64,000 bases of DNA from a virus (taxonomy: Duplodnaviria; Caudoviricetes). Positions 18,080-28,625 of the stretch are shown here, in pieces. The notes under the pieces are model-generated. The model made no database searches. It saw only the letters and a program-made list of their open reading frames with translations, and was not told the origin of the DNA. Positions within the stretch are counted from its first letter, which is position 1, and every line of letters begins with the position of its first letter. The position numbers and the translations under genes were made by a program. The stretch spans positions 17,064 to 81,063 of the IMG/VR virus record IMGVR_UViG_3300031577_000195, one strand, 5' to 3'.

Positions 18080-19408
18080 CTAATTAGTTTTATTTTCTGT
18101 AGTTTTGTCACCATAGTTGTCCTTGATATCTCCTTGACCATTGAAGCCCCCACTTTGAACATAGTAATCCTTATTGATTGCGGCCTTTTCCTCAAAGCTA
18201 TCCATATCAGCATACTCACTGTCGCTCTTGGGATATCCTAGTTCAACCAATGCTTGATTCTTAGTCAAAATTCCATTGATGTAATTGTTGTTAACCCTAT
18301 CTGACTTCAGCTTCTTTTGTGCTTCAGTTTCAGTGTATATAAGCTTATACTTAAAGAATCTATCGTAGCCCAATACCTTTAACACATGTTCATTTACTGC
18401 GTCTTCCCATATATCAGCATAAGGTTTTATAAGTTCCTTCAAGACTAACTCATCAAGTTCTTCTACTGTGCTTCTGTCGTTAGACAAAATCAAACCCATT
18501 TTTTCCCTTGGGATGCCAAAGGCTAATGCTATGATACCAATAAGAAACTGTTGCCACTCAAGATAAAGGCCATCTTTATTTATTGCTCTAATCTGTTTTG
18601 TCTCAATGCCATTACTACCAGCAGCCACAGGAATTTTACCAGTACCCTCAATGTCTTCCTCCATATATTTAATGAAGGCTTCGCGCTCTACATCTGTTAT
18701 GTTTTCGCCTAGATTAACCAAGAAGTCAGCAGTAGCATTATTGGCTACACCATCTGCTCTTTCATTAGCATTCAACAAATAAACGATGTAGTTATACGCC
18801 GATAAAACTGGTGATAATCCTTGTGGCCTATCCGTAAAGTAATTCCTTTGTAAATACGCTAGTTGTTGTGCAGTAAAATACTTTACTCCATCCTTGTATT
18901 GCAACTGTGCATACCTAGCAGCGTTAGCATCAGTGTAATCATAAGGCACTACATACTGAATTGTGCTACCATCAGTTGGATATAAAAAAAGAGGCTTATT
19001 AGGGTCACCCCCAATAGCCTTCTCGAAAACTCCAGCATCAATTGTCACAAGATCATCAATAATTAACTTAAGGAATGCCCTTCTGTTATGAATTACATTT
19101 GGATTATCCAAGATGTTCTGAGCAATAGTTTTTTGTACCTTATAGTCATTAGCATCAGTTGGATCAACATTGACAAACTCACCAGATAGCCTTACTATTT
19201 CATCCTCAATTAGATTTATAGGCCTTCGGACAATAGGATTCTTTGCGAAGTTTCTAAGTTGGGACACAGTAGGGTTCTTAGGTAATGTCTGCTTATATCC
19301 TTTGGTTAAGATGCCCCAAGAAAAATTCTGATTAGGAATCGTTTGTGGCTGTGGGTTATTCTTAGGCCTAGCTCCGAGTATTGACTTAAATTTACTCCAT
19401 AGTTCCAA
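18080..19408 (-). CDS. Portal protein
   Basis: 442 aa after terL; GLSP and IIALAFGIP..MG motifs. Confidence 0.9.
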   Translation of the reverse strand: MELWSKFKSILGARPKNNPQPQTIPNQNFSWGILTKGYKQTLPKNPTVSQLRNFAKNPIVRRPINLIEDEIVRLSGEFVNVDPTDANDYKVQKTIAQNILDNPNVIHNRRAFLKLIIDDLVTIDAGVFEKAIGGDPNKPLFLYPTDGSTIQYVVPYDYTDANAARYAQLQYKDGVKYFTAQQLAYLQRNYFTDRPQGLSPVLSAYNYIVYLLNANERADGVANNATADFLVNLGENITDVEREAFIKYMEEDIEGTGKIPVAAGSNGIETKQIRAINKDGLYLEWQQFLIGIIALAFGIPREKMGLILSNDRSTVEELDELVLKELIKPYADIWEDAVNEHVLKVLGYDRFFKYKLIYTETEAQKKLKSDRVNNNYINGILTKNQALVELGYPKSDSEYADMDSFEEKAAINKDYYVQSGGFNGQGDIKDNYGDKTTENKTN

Positions 19409-19420
19409 TATTTCACCTCC

Positions 19421-21073
19421 TTAGATGACCACGTTACCAGGAAGATATTTGGTTATATCAAAGTTCTTTTTATAGCTATTGCCATTAGAAATTGAACCAA
19501 AGGAAAAACTGCTTGCCCCTCCACCGCCCAATGTTCCGTATAAAGCCAACCATAGAGCATCAAGTAGGTTATCACTAGCCCCCTTGGGAAACCTACGCAT
19601 TTCCTCAAGTAACTTACGATGATCTTTACTAAACTTAATGTAATTATTACGAATAGGCATAATTAAAGACCTCAGTTTAAACTCCTTATCCCTATACTGC
19701 GGAGGTTTAACAGGGTCAAAAGGTAAGTACAAATTCTGTTCTCTTGCTTTCTTCTCCATAAGGTCTTTCAACAGTATCTGAAAGACTACATCTTCTGTTC
19801 TAACCGCACGTAGTACATCAAAGTATTGAATAGAGTAAAGTATCATTTGGTCAATAAGAATATCAGTGGGGACTTTTCTTGAGAATGCCTCAAGTATATA
19901 AAAGTAATTATCTTCACCCTTACCAAGTGCTACTATAGCTGAATCGTCAGACTTTCTTTTAGCTGTAGCTGCTGCATCTATTCCAAGCCAAACATCAGTT
20001 ATCTTAGGTAATTCTTCAGGCACATAGAAGTTTCTAGTAATCCAATCCTCTTTAATCTCACGCGATTCCTCAAGAAGTCCATCGTTCATCATTTCAGTTG
20101 CCCAAGCTTCATCACCCAAGCGTTGCTTTTCTTTCATGAGTGCTAAATAAGTATCTTCATACCTATCCCACAAAACTTTTGTGCCAGCAATCATTTCTTC
20201 CTTATGTTCAGCATAGAAATTGTCAGCATCCATACCACGATGAGGATTACTCAAGTCATTCCTTATGTTTAGCCATTCGTCCCATAGTGGTGAATCAGAC
20301 GACTCAATAACAGCCTGATATTTCTTGGTGTAGTAATCGCTGAATTGCGGGTCAGTCAGCATCTTATAGAGTAAACATGCGTCATTCAAAATTGTACCAA
20401 TGACAAACACAGAAACATACTTCTCGCCACATGGGATTAAAACTTTGTTGTACCAGTCGTATAACTTTTGTCTCTGATCTGAATTACTTGAATTTTTCTC
20501 ACTTAATATATCATCACAAATAATTACAGTTGGTCTAACGCCAAAAATCTTAGTACCACGAGTAGCCATTTCTGAACCCTTAGTGCTTATACATACGCCA
20601 TTCTTACATGCTATCTTATCAGTAGTCCATATTACATTACCAACTAGATTACCAAAGTCTTCATTGAACTTTTCGTTGTCCTCTATGAATTGCCTAATAT
20701 CAATTATAAACTGTCTACCTAGTGAGCCTTCAGAAGTTACTATAAGAATGTTCTTAGTGTGACCATAAGCGATACACCATAAGGGGAAAGCATAGGATGT
20801 CCAGAAAGATTTCATATGACCACGAGGGCTAACATAGCAACTCTGTGTCTTATTCTTTTTGTTGTTAAGTACAACATCTTCAAGTCTTTTACATATGTCA
20901 TAATGAAACTCACATAGGCTATCCCAAGGCTCCCGCTCTTCATCCCACAGGTAAACCCTAGTAAACTCTAACAAAGAGTATCTACATCTATCCTTATCAG
21001 AAGACTTATCGGTAATTATAAGTCGTTCTTCAATAACCTCTTGATTACCTAAGATTTCACCTAAAATATCCAT
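19421..21073 (-). CDS. terL: Terminase large subunit
   Basis: PRGHMKS Walker A, IICDD Walker B, LGIDAA nuclease motif, FPKG..D..LDAL. Confidence 0.95.
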   Translation of the reverse strand: MDILGEILGNQEVIEERLIITDKSSDKDRCRYSLLEFTRVYLWDEEREPWDSLCEFHYDICKRLEDVVLNNKKNKTQSCYVSPRGHMKSFWTSYAFPLWCIAYGHTKNILIVTSEGSLGRQFIIDIRQFIEDNEKFNEDFGNLVGNVIWTTDKIACKNGVCISTKGSEMATRGTKIFGVRPTVIICDDILSEKNSSNSDQRQKLYDWYNKVLIPCGEKYVSVFVIGTILNDACLLYKMLTDPQFSDYYTKKYQAVIESSDSPLWDEWLNIRNDLSNPHRGMDADNFYAEHKEEMIAGTKVLWDRYEDTYLALMKEKQRLGDEAWATEMMNDGLLEESREIKEDWITRNFYVPEELPKITDVWLGIDAAATAKRKSDDSAIVALGKGEDNYFYILEAFSRKVPTDILIDQMILYSIQYFDVLRAVRTEDVVFQILLKDLMEKKAREQNLYLPFDPVKPPQYRDKEFKLRSLIMPIRNNYIKFSKDHRKLLEEMRRFPKGASDNLLDALWLALYGTLGGGGASSFSFGSISNGNSYKKNFDITKYLPGNVVI

Positions 21074-21720
21074 TAACCATCATCATCTTCGTATATGTCT
21101 TCCTCTGATATCTGTTGAAACCCTACAGCATTAGTGCCACCACAAGACTCCTTAATTTCCTCTTGTGTCAATTTACTCAAGGACAAAGTAAGATTAATAT
21201 CTAAATCATGCTCCTTAGAACCAACAATGTTTATAGCTTCAGCATAAATCTCATGACCATCTACAGTTACCTTTGTTCCACGCCATTTACCGTTGGTTTC
21301 TATGATAATCTTCTGTTTCTTCTTCATATTCTTCTAAAAGCTCCTTTTCATCAAGGATTTCCTTAAGTTTTCGCTTGTTGTTAATGGTTTTCTGTACGTT
21401 TTTCACGTGTTTATCTGCTAGTGCCATTAGTTACTCCCTTACGCTAGTTTTGTGATAACACTCTTAGCTGCTAGTTTTTCTTCATCAGATAGATTCGTAG
21501 CGTCTTTATACTGTGTCGCAAGTTTCTTAAATAACGCTAGTTCAGTTGTGGTTAAAGCCGTGGTAAACAATGTAGTATCCAAGGTTAAATCATAAGTTGT
21601 CGTATATGCGTACAGTTCGCTGCCTATTAGTATTTCATAAGCCCCTACTGTGATTGAACTATCGCTTGATGCTGTAATTGTTCCGTTTAGTGATACCTCT
21701 GCTCCTACTGCATATGCCAT
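21073..21720 (-). other. Three small hypothetical ORFs (21073-21327, 21287-21427, 21439-21720)
   Basis: RBS-preceded ORFs; 21287-21427 (46 aa) read manually. Confidence 0.6.
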
Positions 21721-21738
21721 TTATACATTCCTCCAGTT

Positions 21739-22443
21739 TCAGTTCCATTTTTCTAACGCTTCAGTCATACAAATGATTACCTGTTTCATATAATCTTGGC
21801 GCACGATATCTTCTTCTTTGTCCATATTAGCTACTCCAACAATAGGCAAGTGTCCCATAGTTTGCATTAAAAAAGACAGGCCATCTTTGCCTGTCTTAAT
21901 CTTTTTATTTACGCATTGCGCTGGACTAACATCGCCAGTTAGAACTATTTTCTCAGCACCGCGAGTACAAATGCAGTACATTGACTGTGCATCGATCAAC
22001 TGAGATTCATCAACGATAAGCCAATAGCCAGTTAAGTCCATCCCCTGAAGATTGTACAAAGATTGAACCACGACCGTCTTAGAGTCGATCAAGAATTTAC
22101 TATCGGTATTCAAAAAGGATTCCATATAGGTTAACAATTGTTTCAACTTAGGAAATAACTTCTCTTGTTCACTTCCAGGTAAAAAACCTATGTCCTTACC
22201 TACACCTTCGTTTGGTCTAATCAAACATACACCTTTAGATTCACCATTAAGTATCGCTTGGCAAGCATAATAGATAGCACTAATAGACTTAGATGTTCCA
22301 GCGTATCCAGAGCAGCACACAATTCTTTTAGATTTATCCTTGAGTAAGTTGTGATATCTCTTATGGTTCTCTGTAAGCGGCTTTGGTTTATCATAGCGTA
22401 CATAATCAGGTTTCTCTTCTTTAAAGACTCGTTTGTTAGCCAT
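21739..22443 (-). CDS. phoH: PhoH-family ATPase
   Basis: SGYAGTSKS P-loop, IGFLPGS.EK, LIVDESQ, VLTGD..Q; ATG 22443 with RBS AAGGAG. Confidence 0.9.
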   Translation of the reverse strand: MANKRVFKEEKPDYVRYDKPKPLTENHKRYHNLLKDKSKRIVCCSGYAGTSKSISAIYYACQAILNGESKGVCLIRPNEGVGKDIGFLPGSEQEKLFPKLKQLLTYMESFLNTDSKFLIDSKTVVVQSLYNLQGMDLTGYWLIVDESQLIDAQSMYCICTRGAEKIVLTGDVSPAQCVNKKIKTGKDGLSFLMQTMGHLPIVGVANMDKEEDIVRQDYMKQVIICMTEALEKWN

Positions 22444-22600
22444 AAGTTTGCTCCTTTTCAACTTCAGTCTTAATCTGCTGTAATTCATCATTAGCTTCCT
22501 TATAGTTTGTTGCCGGGGCAAAGATAACCCTTTTGACTTTACTATCGAATAGCCAATCAGATAACCACTGTATAGCTACAGTAAACTTAAAGTCTCTCAT
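22436..22600 (-). CDS. Hypothetical 54-aa protein
   Basis: Manual translation; ATGA overlap with the terS stop. Confidence 0.5.
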   Translation of the reverse strand: MRDFKFTVAIQWLSDWLFDSKVKRVIFAPATNYKEANDELQQIKTEVEKEQTYG

Positions 22601-23235
22601 GCTTTTCCAGGCTTAATCTTTCGATATAACTCAGCTAACACTGGGTTACTTTGGATTCTCTCGACTATGTTAGCGTATAACACAAGGTCTTGCTCTTTGA
22701 CCATACCTAAGATAATATCGTTGATCTCAGTCATGTTCATATAGTTGTAGACTTTCTCTTGCATATTTCCTATGTTAGCTAAGATAGCACTTTTGCGAGC
22801 CATGAGTTTATCCAATAAAAACAACATATCTTTAACCTTTGGTGCAATCGATGTTACATCAGTTCCCTTCTTGATTTCAGTATTGAATTGGTCAATGTAT
22901 ATCTTAATGTTCTCTATCTGTTCACTTATGGTTTCTAACATTTCACACTCTTGACGATAGACATTTACAGCATGATCTTCAGATTGCCTTAAGTCACAGT
23001 TGTCGTCCTCTTGTATGTACTTGCGACACCAACGGTTGACACTCATAGTGCTAATGTAGGTATCACCAGAGTATTTCTCGTTTAACTCTGCTGCTATGTC
23101 AATGTATGAGACTTTAGCTTTCCTGAGTTTTCTTACGATGTGACCTAAGTCCAGCAGGTCTATCTTGGATATTGGAATACCCTGAAGTTTATTACTACCG
23201 TCTGGTACAGGTGGTTTACCATTAGGATTAGGCAT
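22597..23235 (-). CDS. Probable terminase small subunit (HTH + coiled coil)
   Basis: HTH-like SY.DIA..LN...IS..SV.RW; first gene of the late unit; ATG 23235 with RBS AAAGGAGG. Confidence 0.6.
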   Translation of the reverse strand: MPNPNGKPPVPDGSNKLQGIPISKIDLLDLGHIVRKLRKAKVSYIDIAAELNEKYSGDTYISTMSVNRWCRKYIQEDDNCDLRQSEDHAVNVYRQECEMLETISEQIENIKIYIDQFNTEIKKGTDVTSIAPKVKDMLFLLDKLMARKSAILANIGNMQEKVYNYMNMTEINDIILGMVKEQDLVLYANIVERIQSNPVLAELYRKIKPGKA

Positions 23236-23736
23236 AGGTTCCTCCTTTCGATATTTAACACATAACAAAAAACACCCATAGTTCAATAATTACAGGTGCT
23301 CAAGTGATTTATCTTATGAAATTGTCATTTAACATACTAAAGGTTATTCTTAAGGTACTTTAGGTACGCATATTGCGCCAATGTAATACCGCCCCCAAAT
23401 GCCATATTAAAAGGGCAAAAAGGCACAAAAAAGACACCCCTAGAGGTGTCAACGTCCGATAATAACCCATTATGTAAATATGTAAACCTAGTATTTACAA
23501 GGCTTCACAGGTTCTGCCTTTTAAATTCCGTTAACTGTCCACCGCTCACACTACAAGTCAAACACGTGTTTTATATATAGTATCAATTGTATATCTAAAG
23601 TTAGCTATTGTAAATGCTTACAGTGTCCACAATTACCCTTTAATATATCCTTTAACTAACTAAAGGATGTCTGATGGTATTATAGGCCAAATGTCGTATT
23701 ATCTATTTTTGATATTATCACTTTGAACATAAGTCT

Positions 23737-23801
23737 ATCATATGTCTGCCTTAAGTTTAATCTATAGCCAATCATATGTCTGCCTTAAGTTTAATCTATA
23801 G
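23737..23801. repeat. 31-bp direct repeat pair
   Basis: ATCATATGTCTGCCTTAAGTTTAATCTATAG at 23737-23767 and 23771-23801. Confidence 0.95.
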
Positions 23802-24123
23802 TTTAGCATATACTATCTTACAGCCTATTAACCTATAACCTAACATAATAAACCTCATATGCTCAATTATACGGTCTTATATATCAATAGTGCCTAATAC
23901 AGCATATGTTTACCTTATGTTATACAGTAGATCATTCCTTATGCCTAACATATGTATACTTTAGATTATACAATAGACTACTACAAGAGTATTATTACTA
24001 GTATTGTCTATAGTGTATTAGTGTATATATACATAAGTAAGGTACGGAATAAAAACGTTTTTCTTTCCCCCGGCGCACGTTTTAAATTTTATCAATAAAT
24101 AACAAAGATGTTTACCAAAACAG

Positions 24124-24151
24124 TTGACTTTTTCTGTATATTTGATATAAT
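24124..24151 (+). promoter_or_regulatory. Sigma-A promoter (extended -10)
   Basis: TTGACT-16-(TGA)TATAAT. Confidence 0.75.
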
Positions 24152-24204
24152 GTATATAGAAGGTAAGTTAAGCCTTCGAGTACATAAAGAGAGGAGTTAA
24201 CCAT

Positions 24205-24348
24205 GTGATACCGCCCGAATTGCGGGATTTTGTAACCTTCCTGTTATTGCTAATTAATCTTTACAAAGAGATTCGAGCAATTTGCAAAGATAGCAATAAA
24301 GGGAAAACGCTCCCCCCCAAGTCATCCAGGCCAAAGGGAAAGCGTTAG
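24205..24348 (+). CDS. 47-aa hydrophobic/basic peptide (type I toxin-like)
   Basis: RBS GAGGAG; GTG start; MIPPELRDFVTFLLLLINLYKEIRAICKDSNKGKTLPPKSSRPKGKR. Confidence 0.55.
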   Translation: MIPPELRDFVTFLLLLINLYKEIRAICKDSNKGKTLPPKSSRPKGKR

Positions 24349-24406
24349 TCATCCAGGGGGAGAAATCCCCCACCCCGCTTCTATAATATCACATGGTGCA
24401 AATATT

Positions 24407-24565
24407 ATGCAAAAAGATTTTAATTGGCTGCTGATATTGGTTGTTTTTATGGTAGTTTCGAACTATAATTTTTATAGCTTATCTATACTACAAACTGCTA
24501 CATTGTTGTTTTTTGGACTTTGGCTGATCCTGCATATTAAAAATGTGTTTTTCTCTAATAGGTAA
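24407..24565 (+). CDS. 52-aa two-TM membrane peptide
   Basis: Manual translation MQKDFNWLLILVVFMVV...LFFGLWLILHIK; weak RBS. Confidence 0.4.
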   Translation: MQKDFNWLLILVVFMVVSNYNFYSLSILQTATLLFFGLWLILHIKNVFFSNR

Positions 24566-24583
24566 TTACGGAGGTATGAGCGA

Positions 24584-24874
24584 ATGACAAATGAAGAATT
24601 TCAAATTGCTGTTCTGGAGAAACTTAGTACTCTAGAGAATGAAATGGCTACTAAGGAAGACTTGAACAAACTAGAATCTAGAATTGAATCTAAGATTAGC
24701 CAGTTGCCTACACGTGAAGAACTTTACGCCATAGTCACGGAACAACAAAAGGATGTTATCGGCATACTAAAAACAATCCAAAGCGATACTAAAAAAATCA
24801 ACGCGAAAATTGATATTTTAAATGATAGAACTTTTGAGAATGAGGCAGATATTAGATTGCTAAAAGCTCAATAA
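24584..24874 (+). CDS. Coiled-coil hypothetical protein
   Basis: RBS GGAGG; heptad pattern. Confidence 0.75.
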   Translation: MTNEEFQIAVLEKLSTLENEMATKEDLNKLESRIESKISQLPTREELYAIVTEQQKDVIGILKTIQSDTKKINAKIDILNDRTFENEADIRLLKAQ

Positions 24875-24940
24875 CTAAAGCGGTCTTTGTACCGCTTGGA
24901 AGCCATTAGATAACCTCTAGTAGCTTGCAAGGAGTACAAA
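24875..24940 (+). ncRNA. Candidate pseudoknot RNA, copy 1
   Basis: AAGCG/CGCTT stem; loop TTTGTAC can pair with downstream GTACAAA; inserted hairpin; second copy at 28038. Confidence 0.55.
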
Positions 24941-25059
24941 AGTTAATCCGCTATAGACATACCGCCAAACTGCTTGCAGGTATAACCGTATGATTCTATA
25001 GTTGACTTGATGAAATTAAAAAAAACTCTTCTCTTTCCCGGCAACGGTTTATTTTTCTA

Positions 25060-25090
25060 TGCCCAAAATACTCAAAGGATAACAAAGGAG
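25060..25090 (+). repeat. RBS-associated directional motif, copy 1 (only plus-strand copy)
   Basis: TGCCCAAAATACTCAAAGGATAACAAAGGAG. Confidence 0.85.
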
Positions 25091-25099
25091 TGTATCAAA

Positions 25100-28000
25100 A
25101 TGACCTTTAAAATGCATCATGAGTTATCTATGACAGGTATATCAAGAATGGCCTTCAATATTTACGAAGATATTTACTTTTGCATAAGCGGTCAAAGTAC
25201 CATTAGAACAACAGGAAGTTACTGGAGGAATTAAAATGACAAATAGAATGTTAATCGCTGATAAACTTGAAGACCTTACAGGTTATATTGGAAGATGTAA
25301 TGAAATTCGCGGGAATCGTAAAGCTAAACAGAATGCCCTATCTGCTGTAAATGATTGGTTTGATTCTAAAGTTTATCCAAAGTGTAACAATGATGGACGA
25401 ATGGAAGAAGCTAAAGACAAACACAATGAGTTACTACAGCTAATCAATAGATACATACCAGAACAAACCAAACAGCAATTCCAAATATACAACCTCTGGT
25501 TACCTCTTATGAATCATTTGTATTTCTTATTCTCTGGCTGCGAACCTGACCAATTTACAAGAAACCCTAGTCAATACAACGGAGATAGGCAGCAGAATTA
25601 TATCGACGCTAAACAAAGGCTTATTAACCTTGTAGGCAATACTGAAGAGCTACAAATGTTATTCAATGAGTTAGAAACTACAGGAAAACTATATCTTGAG
25701 AAATTTGGTCAAATGAATACTTTAGAAGACAAGCGCGACAATAGGAAACAATGGGAGACTTTATATAGCAAACAAAAGGAACTTACGCCAGCATATAAAC
25801 AAGCGGAAAACAACTTAACTAATTATCTTATGGAGGTATCGAACTAATGAAAACATTATATTTTGAGGGTGCTGGCTGGCCTGATGCTGATTCATCAAAA
25901 GCCACAGACGTAGGGAACTGTCGTATTCGTACAGCTTTTACAAATGACAAGGGGCAAAAGATATACTTAGAAATAAGCCAGGCTCCTGCATTTAATAACA
26001 AAGGTAAACGCATTGATGGAGAATATCGGATGTACATAAGCCATATCTTTTATATTACTGGCGACAGAGACGACGAAAACAAAAACCGTATACCTAGAGA
26101 CTGGGACGAAATCAGAACACACGACTATACAAAAGAAAACATTGTAGCATGGGTAAACAAAAACTTAAACTGTAGTTTTTATACTATGGAAGTCCTTGAC
26201 TGGATGGAAGGCTATAATGTTCACGCAGATAACAGAGGTTATAACCTTATGGACAATCACATAGTTAACCGCGAGAGAACTAAAGCAAGAAATGAAGCGT
26301 ATAACATGATTGATCAAGAGTATCGGGAGCATTGTAATGAAAAATACTCTGTTATTACTCTAAAAGCTATGGATAATAACACAATTACTGTCTATTGTCA
26401 TAGCCGTGAATATAATAGATATCTCCAGCGTAATGCACTAAAAGATAATAAACCTAGAACAGCAATAGTTAACATATGGACTAAGGAAGTGACTTATAAA
26501 TGATTAAGATAACAAAAGCAGCCTTTGACAAGCTTTCATCTGACTACAAAGGCGAATGGTCACAAGGGCTTTACGAATGGAGAAATGGAGACTTTCCAAA
26601 GGAATGGATCGGCAGAAAAACTATGCTCTCTTATGATAAAACTTATGGAACTACATTATTGACTGAAGGCATAGACTTTGAAATTGTGGAGGGCTGCACT
26701 AATGAACTATAACGAAATTACTTCAGCTATTCATCGAATGGCATACAAGCGATACCTTCGAGGACAAGCACAAGAACAGGTAATAAACCATTTAAAACAG
26801 CTTTATAGCACTACATGGAAAAACAATAGCGACATTCGAGAATTTATATTAAATGTAATTCTTGAGTTTGAAAACTTGATTATCATTCGTCCATTCGGCA
26901 TATGTAATTACCTTGTTATTGGTAACGGATTTACAAAAGAAATAACCGTAATTAACGAAAGAGAAATAATTATAAGATAATTAAGGAGGTAACAACATGT
27001 TAACCATAGGAACTAAATTTTATATGAGTTCAAAGACTTCGCCTATTCCTAGACTATTTCAGTATATCGGACAAGATTTTGAATGGTTTGATCTATGGTG
27101 TAATCATATAGTGGTTGAAGTATCCACAGGAGAAATTAGCCATATTGAGCCTGAATGGTTTAATCAAAGAAAAATTACCTTGCTTTAGTTCTCTCCTTCC
27201 CCATTAACTACTACTAACGAAAGGCAGATGTATATCTAATGTCAAAGCGCGAACGTTTAACACTACTGTTATGTCTATATTTATCAAAAGTTAACAAAGA
27301 TGTAATAAAATGATAACCTTGGGAGGTAGTTTCAATTGTATCAATACAAGCTGATTAACACTAGTAACAATGGAATATGTGATGTATGCAAAAGGTATTG
27401 CACTAATGTGTATACCCAAGTCGAACAAAAGTATCATAACTATAACAGTAAGGATATATATGAAGGCTGGAGTCAATACGGCTGTGTTAACTATAGTGGT
27501 CACGAAAAATGCTTAAAGAGTGTCAGAAGATAAAACTTTCTTTCCCCTCCAACGAAACTATAGGAGGTGCTTAGAATGACAAGTGAAGACCATATATTAC
27601 AATTGGTAACCCAACGAGTAAACAAATACAGGGAAATCTTAGCAGCTACAACAGACCAGCGTATGAAGGAAATAACTCAGGCTTATCTATTAGAAGCTGA
27701 AGCAATACAACGGATTATCAAAAAGCATATCAATGGAGGTATGACAAATGAAAGACACATTGACCGAACTTGAAACTAAAGTAATGCAAAGTATTCCTGA
27801 AGATTATTTTTACGAAGATGGCTTTAGTTCTACCTTATGGCTTGATGCCTTTATTGATACTGTCACTAGACATACAAAAATTCAACCTAATCAAACCAGG
27901 GCGTTATTAGTAACTTTACAAACTAAAGAATACATTGGTATGCTCGGCGGTAAAGATGGTTACCTCTGGCTATCTGATAAGGGTAAAACCTGGTTGCTTG

Positions 28001-28375
28001 AAAATGGCCTAGTGAATCAAGATGGTAAGCCCTTAGACTAAAGCGGACTTTGTACCGCTTGAAGAATACTAGAGGTAATACTTTAGTACTTTTCAAGGAG
28101 TACAAATATTACCGGAGGTGTAACCAATGTATTATGATGAAGCACAGGAATTCATAAGAAAATGCACTTTGCAACAACAAAAGGAAGTTGATAAAAAAAT
28201 ATCCAAGTGGATTGACGGAATATCCTCTGACCTAAAATTAAATCAGGCTCAATCTAGAAGATTAAAAATTCATATAAAAGATATGATTAGCTACTCACGG
28301 AGGTGTAACTCATGCTTAAATTTTGTTACTCAGGGAAAGCCAAAGATATTCATTCGAACGCTTTTAGGCTACTAA
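25100..28375 (+). other. Rightward run of early hypothetical ORFs (25100-25234, 25236-25847, 25847-26503, 26500-26712, 26678-26980, 26997-27188, 27336-27533, 27567-27773, 27748-28041, 28127-28375)
   Basis: Tightly packed, RBS-preceded, co-oriented ORFs; no recognisable family. Confidence 0.75.
28038..28106 (+). ncRNA. Candidate pseudoknot RNA, copy 2
   Basis: Same flanks as copy 1; inner hairpin differs in sequence but still pairs. Confidence 0.55.
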
Positions 28376-28510
28376 TGACCATCTATTGGAACAAATACCC
28401 TATTTAGCTATGCCCATAATAACCAGTAAATAACAAAGGAAGTGCTTAGAATGACAGTCCTATACTTTAACGACAGTTGACCCTCTTCCCTTCCTTCTGG
28501 TGAAAGGCAG

Positions 28511-28573
28511 GTGAAACTATTGTCAATCATTATGGCACTCATAATATGGGCATTGTTAGCCCCTACGAAATGA
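28511..28573 (+). CDS. 20-aa hydrophobic peptide
   Basis: GAAAGGCAG then GTG; MKLLSIIMALIIWALLAPTK. Confidence 0.4.
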   Translation: MKLLSIIMALIIWALLAPTK

Positions 28574-28625
28574 CGAAAGGCTGATACCTATGTATGACAC
28601 AAGTTGACCAAAAGGAAAAGAGGCC

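Noticed and set aside
24872-28106. Pseudoknots as stop-codon read-through signals, or as HDV-like/pistol/twister ribozymes
   Set aside because: Spacing from the stop differs between copies and the read-through frame closes quickly; there is no room for HDV P3/P1.1, and I recognised no catalytic consensus.
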